IMG/VR virus record: IMGVR_UViG_3300035208_007487
Strand: one strand, 5' to 3'
Length of the DNA: 64,000 nucleotides
Origin: a virus
Lineage: Duplodnaviria; Caudoviricetes
Part shown: one piece after another, positions 1-8,590 of the stretch
How the letters are laid out: the number at the start of each line of letters is the position of its first letter
Position numbering within the stretch: position 1 is the first letter of the stretch
Program-made: the position numbers and the translations under genes
Notes under the pieces: model-generated
The model's database searches: none
What the model saw: only the letters and a program-made list of their open reading frames with translations
Told to the model about the DNA's origin: nothing

Positions 1-996
1 ATCTACTAATACATTACTATCAAATAATCCAGTTGCATTTATTAAAGAATATGCTACTTCAAGCTCAATATTGCTAGCTGAATTTAAGTACACTCCAGGT
101 TTTGATTCATTTAGGGGTAATTCTTTTATTTCAGTTGAACATATTTTCTTAGCTAAAGCGCCTAATCTTCTATTTAAAAATGTATTTTTTTCAACATGAT
201 TAATTAAAGCAGCGGTAATTTTGCCACATTCTATTTTTAATTTTTCTCCAATTTCTACCACTTCTGGAAACTCAGACGTTAATAATTTAGATATCCATCG
301 TTCTGTTTCTCTAGTGCTCATAGTTGCACCTAAAGATGTTTTAATTGTGGTTGGAAGTAAATATCTAGCATCATCAAAAGCTTTAGCCGAACAAGTTCTA
401 ATCCAAGCATTTTGATTCTTAAAATCACTTTCAGGAATTATTTCCTTATAATACTCAATTAATCTAGATTTAGCTTCTGAATATACTTGCATTGCTTTTG
501 CAGATAATTCATCTATAGCTTTATCAATTAAAATATAAGAATCTCCAGAAAAATCCATATATCTAGTTGATTTTTCTTGAAAAGCGGCTAATTTAGATTC
601 TTCTATAAACTTAGAAGCTCTAATACTAACACCTTCAATAGCCATCATATTAAATGCACTATCTTTTAAGCTATTATGCCCATATTCAATAGACCACTTA
701 GCCATAAATTTATTAGCTTTTTCCATTATTTTTGCTATATAATTATTAGTAGCTGGTAAATCATTAGTAAAAGATGATAATAATTGATAATATTCAATTG
801 ATTCTTCTTTAGCTAAATCCTTTAATACCTTTAAAAATCTATCTCTTAAAGATAATCCTGATCTAGAATAGCCTCCTAATAATAATCCCCAAATTGATAT
901 TGGCATATTATCAGTTGCACAATAAACATTTGAATCATTGTTGGTAAAATAATAAGACAATATAGCCGTTTCAAGCTCTTCAATTGTATTTGGCAT
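1..996 (-). CDS. thyX: Flavin-dependent thymidylate synthase, long ThyX/Thy1 type (truncated by the window edge; absent from the ORF track)
   Basis: Manual translation from ATG at 996 gives MPNTIEELETAILSYFTN..GGYSRS..IEYGHNSL..IEGVSIRASKFIE..FQEKSTRYMDF..AFDDARYLLP, which carries ThyX signature motifs. Confidence 0.85.
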   Translation of the reverse strand, partial: MPNTIEELETAILSYYFTNNDSNVYCATDNMPISIWGLLLGGYSRSGLSLRDRFLKVLKDLAKEESIEYYQLLSSFTNDLPATNNYIAKIMEKANKFMAKWSIEYGHNSLKDSAFNMMAIEGVSIRASKFIEESKLAAFQEKSTRYMDFSGDSYILIDKAIDELSAKAMQVYSEAKSRLIEYYKEIIPESDFKNQNAWIRTCSAKAFDDARYLLPTTIKTSLGATMSTRETERWISKLLTSEFPEVVEIGEKLKIECGKITAALINHVEKNTFLNRRLGALAKKICSTEIKELPLNESKPGVYLNSASNIELEVAYSLINATGLFDSNVLVD

Positions 997-1286
997 TACT
1001 TGCCCACCTTGGGTAAAGAATCGCCGGTAGCTCGTCTATGTGCCCGAATAAGCACTCTTGAGTCAATTGGATCAGTCTGAATATTATTAGATATTGATAA
1101 TACTAGCCATTCAATCCAAATTCCTTCATCATTTTTTATTTCTAAAATTTTTCCTATTTTAGCTAATTTTAATGGGATTAATACTACTGTTTGAACCACT
1201 TCATAATTAATTTTACGAACTAATGTGCATTGCTTAAAATCACCTTTAACTACTCCACTATCATTTTGAGAAGTATTTACATTCAT
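996..1286 (-). CDS. Hypothetical protein (96 aa)
   Basis: Start and stop codons overlap both neighbours in the operon. Confidence 0.65.
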   Translation of the reverse strand: MNVNTSQNDSGVVKGDFKQCTLVRKINYEVVQTVVLIPLKLAKIGKILEIKNDEGIWIEWLVLSISNNIQTDPIDSRVLIRAHRRATGDSLPKVGK

Positions 1287-1744
1287 TTCTTTTTTCCTTT
1301 TTTACTATCTATTGCTTCAAATTCCTTAGAATTTCCATACCAATTTATTAAATTAACATTATCATCACAGGTAGTTTTAACTAATATAAATGGATCATAC
1401 CCATATATATCACCCATAACTAAAAATTCTTCACTTTCAGAAACTGATGATAATTTACTATCATCTTTTAACATTAATCCGCCTTCAATAGCTTTATATA
1501 TATTCGCAACTGAAGTTAATTCATTAGAAAATCCTAATAAAATTCTACCTTCTTCATCAAATTCTTTTAATATAATATCTCTAGGATTCTTAGTACTTAC
1601 ATAAACTCCAGATGGTATATCTGGATTTATACTAATTTCATGCAAATCAGTTAAAGTGTCAAATGTATAATAATCATCAAATTCATATAGATTTAGATTA
1701 TTATGTTCATTTATCATATCTTTAATGAAATTACTTAGCGACAT
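1283..1744 (-). CDS. Hypothetical protein (153 aa)
   Basis: Coupled ORF in the minus-strand operon. Confidence 0.7.
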   Translation of the reverse strand: MSLSNFIKDMINEHNNLNLYEFDDYYTFDTLTDLHEISINPDIPSGVYVSTKNPRDIILKEFDEEGRILLGFSNELTSVANIYKAIEGGLMLKDDSKLSSVSESEEFLVMGDIYGYDPFILVKTTCDDNVNLINWYGNSKEFEAIDSKKGKKK

Positions 1745-2006
1745 ATTGCTGTAAACTTTCTACTTCATTTATTAATTCAGGATCAATATCTATTTCTAGC
1801 AATTTTGCAAAATCCACATTATATGTGAATTTTTTTTCTTTAACATTGTATTGTAATTTTAAATTAGGATCGCTTGCTTCGCTTTTACTCAAAGATAATG
1901 CATTCAATAAATCATTAAATTTAGGCAAAGTTTCTTTTCTCGAATAAAGCTCACCTATTTCATCAATCGCTTGCAATCTCTGATTCAATGTCAGGCTTAG
2001 TTTCAT
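1731..2006 (-). CDS. Hypothetical protein (probable start MKLSLTLNQ rather than 2075)
   Basis: ORF track 1731..2075; the downstream ATG reduces overlap with the upstream gene. Confidence 0.55.
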   Translation of the reverse strand: MKLSLTLNQRLQAIDEIGELYSRKETLPKFNDLLNALSLSKSEASDPNLKLQYNVKEKKFTYNVDFAKLLEIDIDPELINEVESLQQYVAK

Positions 2007-2310
2007 TGCGTTTCTTTCTAGTTTTTTTAGGAGGTAATGGTAATAATTCATTATTATCTTCAATAATTTTATCAATTTTAATAGTAATCATTTTATCAAA
2101 TTTAAATATACTAGCTTCTACGTCTTTTAATTTCCAATTATTAACATAGCTATTGTATACATCTTTGACTATTTTTTTGTCTTCGGGAGTATGATATTGA
2201 AATAAACCTGGGCAGTCATCAGAATATAGCCACCCACCATCTATCCAATATCTATATTTATCTGTAACATGACTGAAAGCAATAAATTCCTTACATTTAG
2301 TATAATCCAT
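1963..2310 (-). CDS. Hypothetical protein (115 aa)
   Basis: TGATATAAT lies 7 nt upstream of the ATG. Confidence 0.7.
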   Translation of the reverse strand: MDYTKCKEFIAFSHVTDKYRYWIDGGWLYSDDCPGLFQYHTPEDKKIVKDVYNSYVNNWKLKDVEASIFKFDKMITIKIDKIIEDNNELLPLPPKKTRKKRNETKPDIESEIASD

Positions 2311-2322
2311 ACATTAATTATA

Positions 2323-2589
2323 TCATTTATTTGAAACAGCTACTTCAACATAGTCTCCTGAATTTCCTAATAAAATAGTCGAGCCATTTTTGTTTAATAA
2401 ACGTGTCCTATCTATCGTATATTCCCCAATTCTAAATAATATTTCAGGATTAGTTCCTGGAACTTTTTCATTTATTATGCTATCTATTACTGCAATTGAT
2501 ATTGTAGGAGTACTCGTTCCACTATAATCTCTAAAAATCACAGCATCCCCTTTAGCTACGTTACACATTTCTTTAATTTCAATTATCAT
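2323..2589 (-). CDS. Hypothetical protein (88 aa)
   Basis: TAATG coupling to the upstream gene. Confidence 0.65.
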   Translation of the reverse strand: MIIEIKEMCNVAKGDAVIFRDYSGTSTPTISIAVIDSIINEKVPGTNPEILFRIGEYTIDRTRLLNKNGSTILLGNSGDYVEVAVSNK

Positions 2590-3053
2590 TACTTATCTCC
2601 ACTTCTTCTGCATACGATTACTTCAGGATATACTGAGAATATGATTGATTCTACTGTTTTCCAATCACCTCCGCCTAATCCACATCCAATCTTAAATGGA
2701 ATGTAAACTGGTTTATGTTTAATATTCACTAATTTGAGAAAAGTGAAGCATGATTTAATGGCTTCGTAGCTAGTATATAATTTTCCATCATAACCATAAT
2801 CATATTGCATGAATGCATTAACTATTTTTAAGTTATCATTGATGGTTACAATATTGTTTGTTCCTAATATTGCATCTGCTTCTCCATTATTATAATAATC
2901 TTTTATTACTTTTGAATAGCCATTAAAAATTATTGGGTATTTTTTTCTAAGTTGACCCGCAACTCCACTACCCATTCTACCCCTGCAATTAACTTGATGA
3001 ACAATAAATCCCTCATCAATTAATGTAATATCTTTTTCAATCTCTTCTAGCAT
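2589..3053 (-). CDS. Macrodomain protein (Appr-1''-p processing / ADP-ribosylhydrolase-like)
   Basis: Macrodomain motifs IVHQVNCRGRMGSGVA and IPFKIGCGLGGGDW. Confidence 0.9.
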   Translation of the reverse strand: MLEEIEKDITLIDEGFIVHQVNCRGRMGSGVAGQLRKKYPIIFNGYSKVIKDYYNNGEADAILGTNNIVTINDNLKIVNAFMQYDYGYDGKLYTSYEAIKSCFTFLKLVNIKHKPVYIPFKIGCGLGGGDWKTVESIIFSVYPEVIVCRRSGDK

Positions 3054-3065
3054 TAATTATTCCTC

Positions 3066-3518
3066 TTAATTACAATGCATTTGAATGTCGTCTTCAGTAA
3101 ATACATAAAACAACATTCCATTTGCAGTAGCATATGCGTTAGCTGCTTTAAATTTAGCATTATTCACTACATATTGCTTAGTTTCAGTCATTACAGTTTT
3201 TTTAGATCTATGCTCAGTTTTAGGCGGATTTAATTGCTTTTTTGGTTTAACTTCAATTAATATACGTTTACGTTCACCATTTTGTCCAGCTATCTCAACA
3301 TAAAAGTCTACAAAATATCTATGGATTTTCCCATCTAATGGAGACATATAGGGCACTGTAACTAATTCACTACCCCATTTAACGATATTATCATTATTAT
3401 CTAAAAACCACATCACTCTACGCTCCCAAGATGATCTAAAATTAGGAGTATGATCTCCTAAATATTTTTCTTTATTTATTGGGTGATATAATCCAATTGG
3501 TGGTAACTTAGAATTCAC
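3066..3518 (-). CDS. Head completion nuclease, T4 gp4-like (TnsA-type endonuclease)
   Basis: YHPINKEKYLGD, FRSSWE, WGSE, HRYFVDF, IEVKP; late motif CTAAATA 6 nt before the GTG. Confidence 0.9.
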   Translation of the reverse strand: MNSKLPPIGLYHPINKEKYLGDHTPNFRSSWERRVMWFLDNNDNIVKWGSELVTVPYMSPLDGKIHRYFVDFYVEIAGQNGERKRILIEVKPKKQLNPPKTEHRSKKTVMTETKQYVVNNAKFKAANAYATANGMLFYVFTEDDIQMHCN

Positions 3519-3523
3519 ATATA

Positions 3524-3664
3524 TTATTTAGAATATAATTTTTTTAAATATTCTCTCATCTTAATATAATCCAATTCAGCTTTCTTAGCTCTAATTTTAG
3601 TATCTTCTGATATTTCATCAATACTCTTCTCTGATTGAGAAGATTTTGACTTCTTTGTTTCCAT
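3524..3664 (-). CDS. Small hypothetical protein (46 aa; not in the ORF track)
   Basis: METKKSKSSQ...EYLKKLYSK* fills the gap between its neighbours exactly. Confidence 0.55.
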   Translation of the reverse strand: METKKSKSSQSEKSIDEISEDTKIRAKKAELDYIKMREYLKKLYSK

Positions 3665-3665
3665 T

Positions 3666-3977
3666 TTAAATTCGATTTAAATTAGAATTAATATCTTTAA
3701 CAATATCTAAAATAACATTTAAACTTTTATTACTTAATTTTTCTTTATTTTTAGTAGTATATTTATCAATATTAAAAATCGTATACTTAACTGAACTAGT
3801 ATATCCTAATAAAAATTGTTTTAATAATGCAACTCTAGTATATTCAACAAATTCTTCATCATCTTGTTTATTAGCAAATTGGCATAATGCTTTAAGAGAG
3901 CTTTCAAATTCATCGTAAATACCTAATTCTATTAATAAAGAATCTGTATTGTTTACTATTTCAGCTTCGTCGTTCAT
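3666..3977 (-). CDS. Hypothetical protein (103 aa)
   Basis: ATGA overlap with the upstream gene. Confidence 0.65.
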   Translation of the reverse strand: MNDEAEIVNNTDSLLIELGIYDEFESSLKALCQFANKQDDEEFVEYTRVALLKQFLLGYTSSVKYTIFNIDKYTTKNKEKLSNKSLNVILDIVKDINSNLNRI

Positions 3978-4393
3978 CTTGCTAAGATTATCCCAGATGG
4001 AGTGGTTGGATTACTAAGTAAATATTTTTTCTCTAATTCATCATATTCTTTTGATAATTTACCATATTCATTTATTAACCCAGATATTGTAACATTTTGG
4101 CTCTGAATTAATGATAATAAATTTTCAGTAGTAGTTGCATCAAAAACTTCAACATATAATGTAGCAGTTTTTTGATAATACTTTCTAAAATACATTATAT
4201 CTTCTTCATCATCAACATTAATAGTTGGAGTCCATAGTAAATAATATTTGCTTCCTTTTGCTGTAGTAGACGATTCAATTGATTCAACAAATCTATGTTC
4301 AACTGAACTACTGCAAACATAAGCCTTTTTCTTACTTCCCTCAACGAGTTCTAACTTACTACCACAAAATGGGCAAATGTAATTCTTAGTCAT
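3974..4393 (-). CDS. Hypothetical protein with an N-terminal Zn-ribbon
   Basis: CPFC..C..H; AAGGA Shine-Dalgarno (SD) and TGTTATAAT upstream. Confidence 0.7.
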   Translation of the reverse strand: MTKNYICPFCGSKLELVEGSKKKAYVCSSSVEHRFVESIESSTTAKGSKYYLLWTPTINVDDEEDIMYFRKYYQKTATLYVEVFDATTTENLLSLIQSQNVTISGLINEYGKLSKEYDELEKKYLLSNPTTPSGIILAR

Positions 4394-4417
4394 ATCAATC
4401 CTTTAATTAATTATAAC

Positions 4418-4444
4418 AAAAAGACCTCAATCGAGGTCTTTTTT
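4418..4444. terminator. Intrinsic terminator after nrdJ (possibly bidirectional)
   Basis: AAAAAGACCTC-AATC-GAGGTCTTTTT hairpin flanked by A and T runs. Confidence 0.85.
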
Positions 4445-4447
4445 GAA

Positions 4448-6922
4448 TTATCCACATTTAGCATAGCCGCAATGAGTACACATTAAACAGCCTTCAATAT
4501 ATGAAATATCTCCTCCGCAATTTGGGCATTTTTGCTTAGATGAAGTGCCATCTTTAATATATTTCTTCAAAACTCTAGCAATTATCCTAGAAAATGAATA
4601 CATATCAGATGCTTTATCCTTTTGAATTTGCTCAACTATAATATGAATCGGTGTCCCTATTCTCAATAATAAAGAAATCATTCTGGTAAATGCACCCTGA
4701 GTAGGATTCTCAAACATATTAACTACATCTTTTATTTTCCCAGTTTCATCTCCATCTGAATATACTAATTCATATATAGATAATCCATCATCATTTTTAC
4801 CGCATCTATCTAAGAAACCATGCTTAATTTTTTTAGGTAATTCAACTTTAGAAGATAGCCCTCCAAATAATTCATAAGGCTTTCCATCTAATTTACCAAT
4901 AAAAATTGTCCATGCTTGCGAATTTATTATAGCTTGATGAATATCACACTCTAATCTCTTAGGTCTAGTTATTGAATGAACTTCTCCGCATGTGCATTCT
5001 TCATTTTTAGTTTCTTTTTTAGTAATTAATACTCCATCTCGACATCCATCTCTATATACAGTGAATCCTTTGCATCCAGATTCCCAAGCTTTCATATAAA
5101 TATCTGCAACTAATTCTTTAGTTGCAGAATTAGGAAGATTACATGTTTTAGAAATACTATGACATATCCATTTCTGAGCCACAGCTTGTATTTTTACTGA
5201 AGCTAACCAATCTACATCATTGGCAGTAGCTTTATAATACGGAGATTTATCAAAATCTTCATAAGTATATCCAGTTACATCCATCCATTGCTTAAATCCT
5301 TCATGATATACTTCAAATACTTGCCATTTATCCCCCAATGAATCAATGTAATCAACTTTTTCATTTGAATTACTTAAATTTATTTTTTTACGTCTTGAAT
5401 ATTTTATTGCAAATACTGGCTCAATACCTGATGTAGTTTGAGTCATCATTGAAACTGATCCAGTTGGAGCAGTGGTAGTTAATGCAATATTTCTTCTACC
5501 AAATTTTTTATATTTTTCTTGAACTTCAATTGGTAAATTACTAATTACTCTAGATACAAACACATGGTCTTTTTCTAATTCATAATTAAATATTGGAAAT
5601 GAACCACGTTCTTCGGCTAATTCAATAGAAGATTCATATGCACTGACTTCTAAAGTCTTGTATATTTTTTCAGTCACTTCTATTGATTCATCAGAACCGT
5701 ATCTAATATTTAATGCAGCTAATGCATCACCTAAAGCAGTTATACCTAGTCCAGTTCTTCTACCTTTTAAGCAAGTTTCTTTAATTTTATTCCATAATTC
5801 TAATTCAACTCTTTTTATTTCATAAGGCTCTGGATCTGATTCAACTTTGGCTAATATTTTATCAATCTGTTCAAGCTCAATATCAATCATATCATCCATT
5901 AATCTTTGAGCAATCTTAGTTATCTTAATAAAATTCACATAATCAAAATATGCCTTTTTTGTAAATGGATTTATTACAAAAGATTTTAAGTTTTCACAAA
6001 TTAATCTGCAAGAATCATAAGCAGGTAATACAATTTCTCCACAAGGATTTGTTGCAATACTTCTGAATCCAAAATCTCCATATATATCACTTGGCGTATA
6101 TTTTAATGCGTTATCCCAAAATAATAATCCAGGTTCAGCCGATTCCCAAGCTGCAAAAATTATTTGATTCCATATTGATCTAGCGTCAACCATCTTACTT
6201 ATTGATGGATTATCAGAATCAACCGGCCATCTTTGCTCATAATCGGTGCCATTTTTTACAGCATTCATGAATTCATCAGTTAATTTGACTGATATATTAG
6301 CACCTGTAATTCTAGTCTTATCTCTTTTTATGTTAATGAATGTTTCTATTTCAGGATGATGCACCGAACATGCTTCTAATAAAGCACCTCTTCGGCCAGA
6401 TTGTGCAACTTCTCTAGTAGTATTGGAAAATCTATCCATATAGACGCCAATTCCATCAGTGGTTTTAGCAGCATTTGCTACTGGAAGACCAGATGGACGA
6501 ATATTTGAAATATCATGTCCAACTCCACCTCTTCTTTTCATTAATTGAGCTTGCTCTTCGTCTGTTCTATGTATTCCACCCATAGAATCATAAGCTGAAT
6601 CAATAACAAAGCAATTACTAGCAGACTGAGTATTATAAGGATTTCCAATTGCGCTCATTGGAGAACCCTGGGGAATTATATATCTAAAATTTTCAAATAA
6701 TCCATATATAGTATCTTTATCTAAAGAATTTGGATACTTTTTTTCAATCCTTGCAAATTCTCCAGCTAATCTTTTATGCATTTCATTAGGAGTTAATTCA
6801 TAATAAATATCACCATCTTTCAACGCATATTTGTCTGCAAAAACTTTTGCAGCCATTTCATCACCATTAAAATATTTAATAGATTCTTTAATTACTTCTT
6901 TGTAAGTAGCCATGATTTCCAT
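4448..6922 (-). CDS. nrdJ: Class II (adenosylcobalamin-dependent) ribonucleotide reductase
   Basis: SNCFV, RGGVG, RRGA, TNPCGEI, APTGSVS, SISKTCN, KGFTVYRDG; C-terminal CPNC..CTHC Zn-ribbon; no adjacent nrdB. Confidence 0.92.
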   Translation of the reverse strand: MEIMATYKEVIKESIKYFNGDEMAAKVFADKYALKDGDIYYELTPNEMHKRLAGEFARIEKKYPNSLDKDTIYGLFENFRYIIPQGSPMSAIGNPYNTQSASNCFVIDSAYDSMGGIHRTDEEQAQLMKRRGGVGHDISNIRPSGLPVANAAKTTDGIGVYMDRFSNTTREVAQSGRRGALLEACSVHHPEIETFINIKRDKTRITGANISVKLTDEFMNAVKNGTDYEQRWPVDSDNPSISKMVDARSIWNQIIFAAWESAEPGLLFWDNALKYTPSDIYGDFGFRSIATNPCGEIVLPAYDSCRLICENLKSFVINPFTKKAYFDYVNFIKITKIAQRLMDDMIDIELEQIDKILAKVESDPEPYEIKRVELELWNKIKETCLKGRRTGLGITALGDALAALNIRYGSDESIEVTEKIYKTLEVSAYESSIELAEERGSFPIFNYELEKDHVFVSRVISNLPIEVQEKYKKFGRRNIALTTTAPTGSVSMMTQTTSGIEPVFAIKYSRRKKINLSNSNEKVDYIDSLGDKWQVFEVYHEGFKQWMDVTGYTYEDFDKSPYYKATANDVDWLASVKIQAVAQKWICHSISKTCNLPNSATKELVADIYMKAWESGCKGFTVYRDGCRDGVLITKKETKNEECTCGEVHSITRPKRLECDIHQAIINSQAWTIFIGKLDGKPYELFGGLSSKVELPKKIKHGFLDRCGKNDDGLSIYELVYSDGDETGKIKDVVNMFENPTQGAFTRMISLLLRIGTPIHIIVEQIQKDKASDMYSFSRIIARVLKKYIKDGTSSKQKCPNCGGDISYIEGCLMCTHCGYAKCG

Positions 6923-6950
6923 ATCCTTGTGAGATTATTTAGTGAAAAAA

Positions 6951-7835
6951 TTAAGCATTTTTAAAGAGCTTTCTGTTAAATAAATTTAGTATTTCACTAT
7001 ATTCTAAGTTGCTCTTCATAGCCATTTCACTACTATCTGGTACTATAATTTTAACATTATTGTATTGCTCAAGTATCATTTCTTCTAATTTCTTGGGAAT
7101 AAACTCAAAATTAACTAGCCTTTGATTTAGTAAATATTGCTTATCCAATTTAATTTTAGTGAAATATGGTAATAGATTACCTTCACTTTCTGTAATTACC
7201 CCTCTAGCTTTAACTGGACCAAATCCCCTAGCTACTGGTTTAATGTTATCTCCTCGATCTCCACTAATAACCTTAAGATTAATCAACTCTCGCCAATCAA
7301 TATTATCGACTTCTTTTCTATCTTTTGCATTATAGCATCTAAAATTAGAAAATCTAAAAAGTTGATGAATATCAGCATCACCTGTTACTGCTATTATTTC
7401 TTCTTCTTCATGCAAGTGCTTAGTTAATACAGCTATAATATCGTCCGCTTCTGCGTATTTGTTATATAAAGTCTTAAATGGATATATTTTAGATAAATTC
7501 ATTAAAAATTCATCTCTAACTATAGAAAATTTACCCCAATCAACTGGAAATGCGGCTCTAGCTTTAGCTCTAGTTCCTTTATATTCTGGATAAAAATGCC
7601 TTCTCCATAATTTATTTCCATCACAAGCTATTGTTAATTTATCGGGATTAAAAAGATCAATTAAATTTACTATTTCTAATTCCATTTCCTTACATAAATT
7701 GATAAATCCGCTATCTGATTCTTGCATTAAAAATAGGTTTTTAGTATTTTTATCAAAACCTTTAGATCCTGATACTAAGGAAAAAAGTTTCCAATAACTA
7801 ATTGAGCCAGCATCTACTATTAACTCTGTAAGCAT
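6951..7835 (-). CDS. rnh: T4-type RNase H / 5'-3' exonuclease
   Basis: WRRHFYPEYKGTR, EADDIIA, GDADIHQL, GDRGDNI. Confidence 0.9.
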   Translation of the reverse strand: MLTELIVDAGSISYWKLFSLVSGSKGFDKNTKNLFLMQESDSGFINLCKEMELEIVNLIDLFNPDKLTIACDGNKLWRRHFYPEYKGTRAKARAAFPVDWGKFSIVRDEFLMNLSKIYPFKTLYNKYAEADDIIAVLTKHLHEEEEIIAVTGDADIHQLFRFSNFRCYNAKDRKEVDNIDWRELINLKVISGDRGDNIKPVARGFGPVKARGVITESEGNLLPYFTKIKLDKQYLLNQRLVNFEFIPKKLEEMILEQYNNVKIIVPDSSEMAMKSNLEYSEILNLFNRKLFKNA

Positions 7836-7861
7836 TTTGTAATTGTAACTAAATATTAAAT
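7836..7861. promoter_or_regulatory. Back-to-back promoters: early-type TACAAT (minus strand, rnh) and late CTAAATA (plus strand, NTase)
   Basis: Each motif ends 6 nt before its ATG within a 26-bp gap. Confidence 0.6.
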
Positions 7862-8590
7862 ATGAAGGTTACTGATTTTACTATCCTGGCAGAAGATGTT
7901 GATCCAGATGATATTGATATATCTTCGCTTATTTTACGCAAAGAATTAAATCCAAAAATATGGAATAATTTTAATTTAGTGCCTGATGTAGCCGATACTG
8001 CTAAAAAAATAGCTAAAGATTATTCAGATTTTATGCTGAAAAATCTAAAAGATGCTGAAGTATCTGAAATATATTTTACTGGAAGTTTAGCAAACTACAA
8101 TTGGTCTAATTATTCAGATTTTGATATTCACGTTATAATAGATTATTCAGATATTAATAAAGATATTGATTTAGTTGGAGATTATTTTTGGGATAGAACT
8201 CTATTATATAGATTAGATAATAAATTTGAAATAAGTGGATTTGAAGTTGAATTAAATATTAATAATATTACTCCTCTTAGAAAAAATGCAGGAGTTTATT
8301 CATTATTATATGATGAATGGGTTCAAAAACCAGACACTAATAAAATAATAATTGACTTCAAATTAGTTAAAGAAAAAGCCGCAGCTATTATGAATATGAT
8401 TGATGATTCCAGATGCGATTTAAATAATTTGATCAATATTAAAGAAAAAATAAGAAAAATGAGAGATTCTGGTATTGATAAATATGGAGAATTCTCTATA
8501 GAAAATTTAGCATTTAAAATATTAAGAAGAACTGGATATATAGATAAGCTTAAAAAAGAAATATCTGAATATTCTAAACTTACCGTATAA
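7862..8590 (+). CDS. Pol-beta-like nucleotidyltransferase
   Basis: GS-x-DxD motif in TGSLANYNWSNYSDFDIH; EVEL, GVYSL, GEFSIENLAFK. Confidence 0.85.
   Translation: MKVTDFTILAEDVDPDDIDISSLILRKELNPKIWNNFNLVPDVADTAKKIAKDYSDFMLKNLKDAEVSEIYFTGSLANYNWSNYSDFDIHVIIDYSDINKDIDLVGDYFWDRTLLYRLDNKFEISGFEVELNINNITPLRKNAGVYSLLYDEWVQKPDTNKIIIDFKLVKEKAAAIMNMIDDSRCDLNNLINIKEKIRKMRDSGIDKYGEFSIENLAFKILRRTGYIDKLKKEISEYSKLTV

Noticed and set aside
3066-3518. Tn7 TnsA transposase
   Set aside because: The same fold occurs in T4 gp4; there is no tnsB/tnsC or transposon end, and it has a late promoter motif
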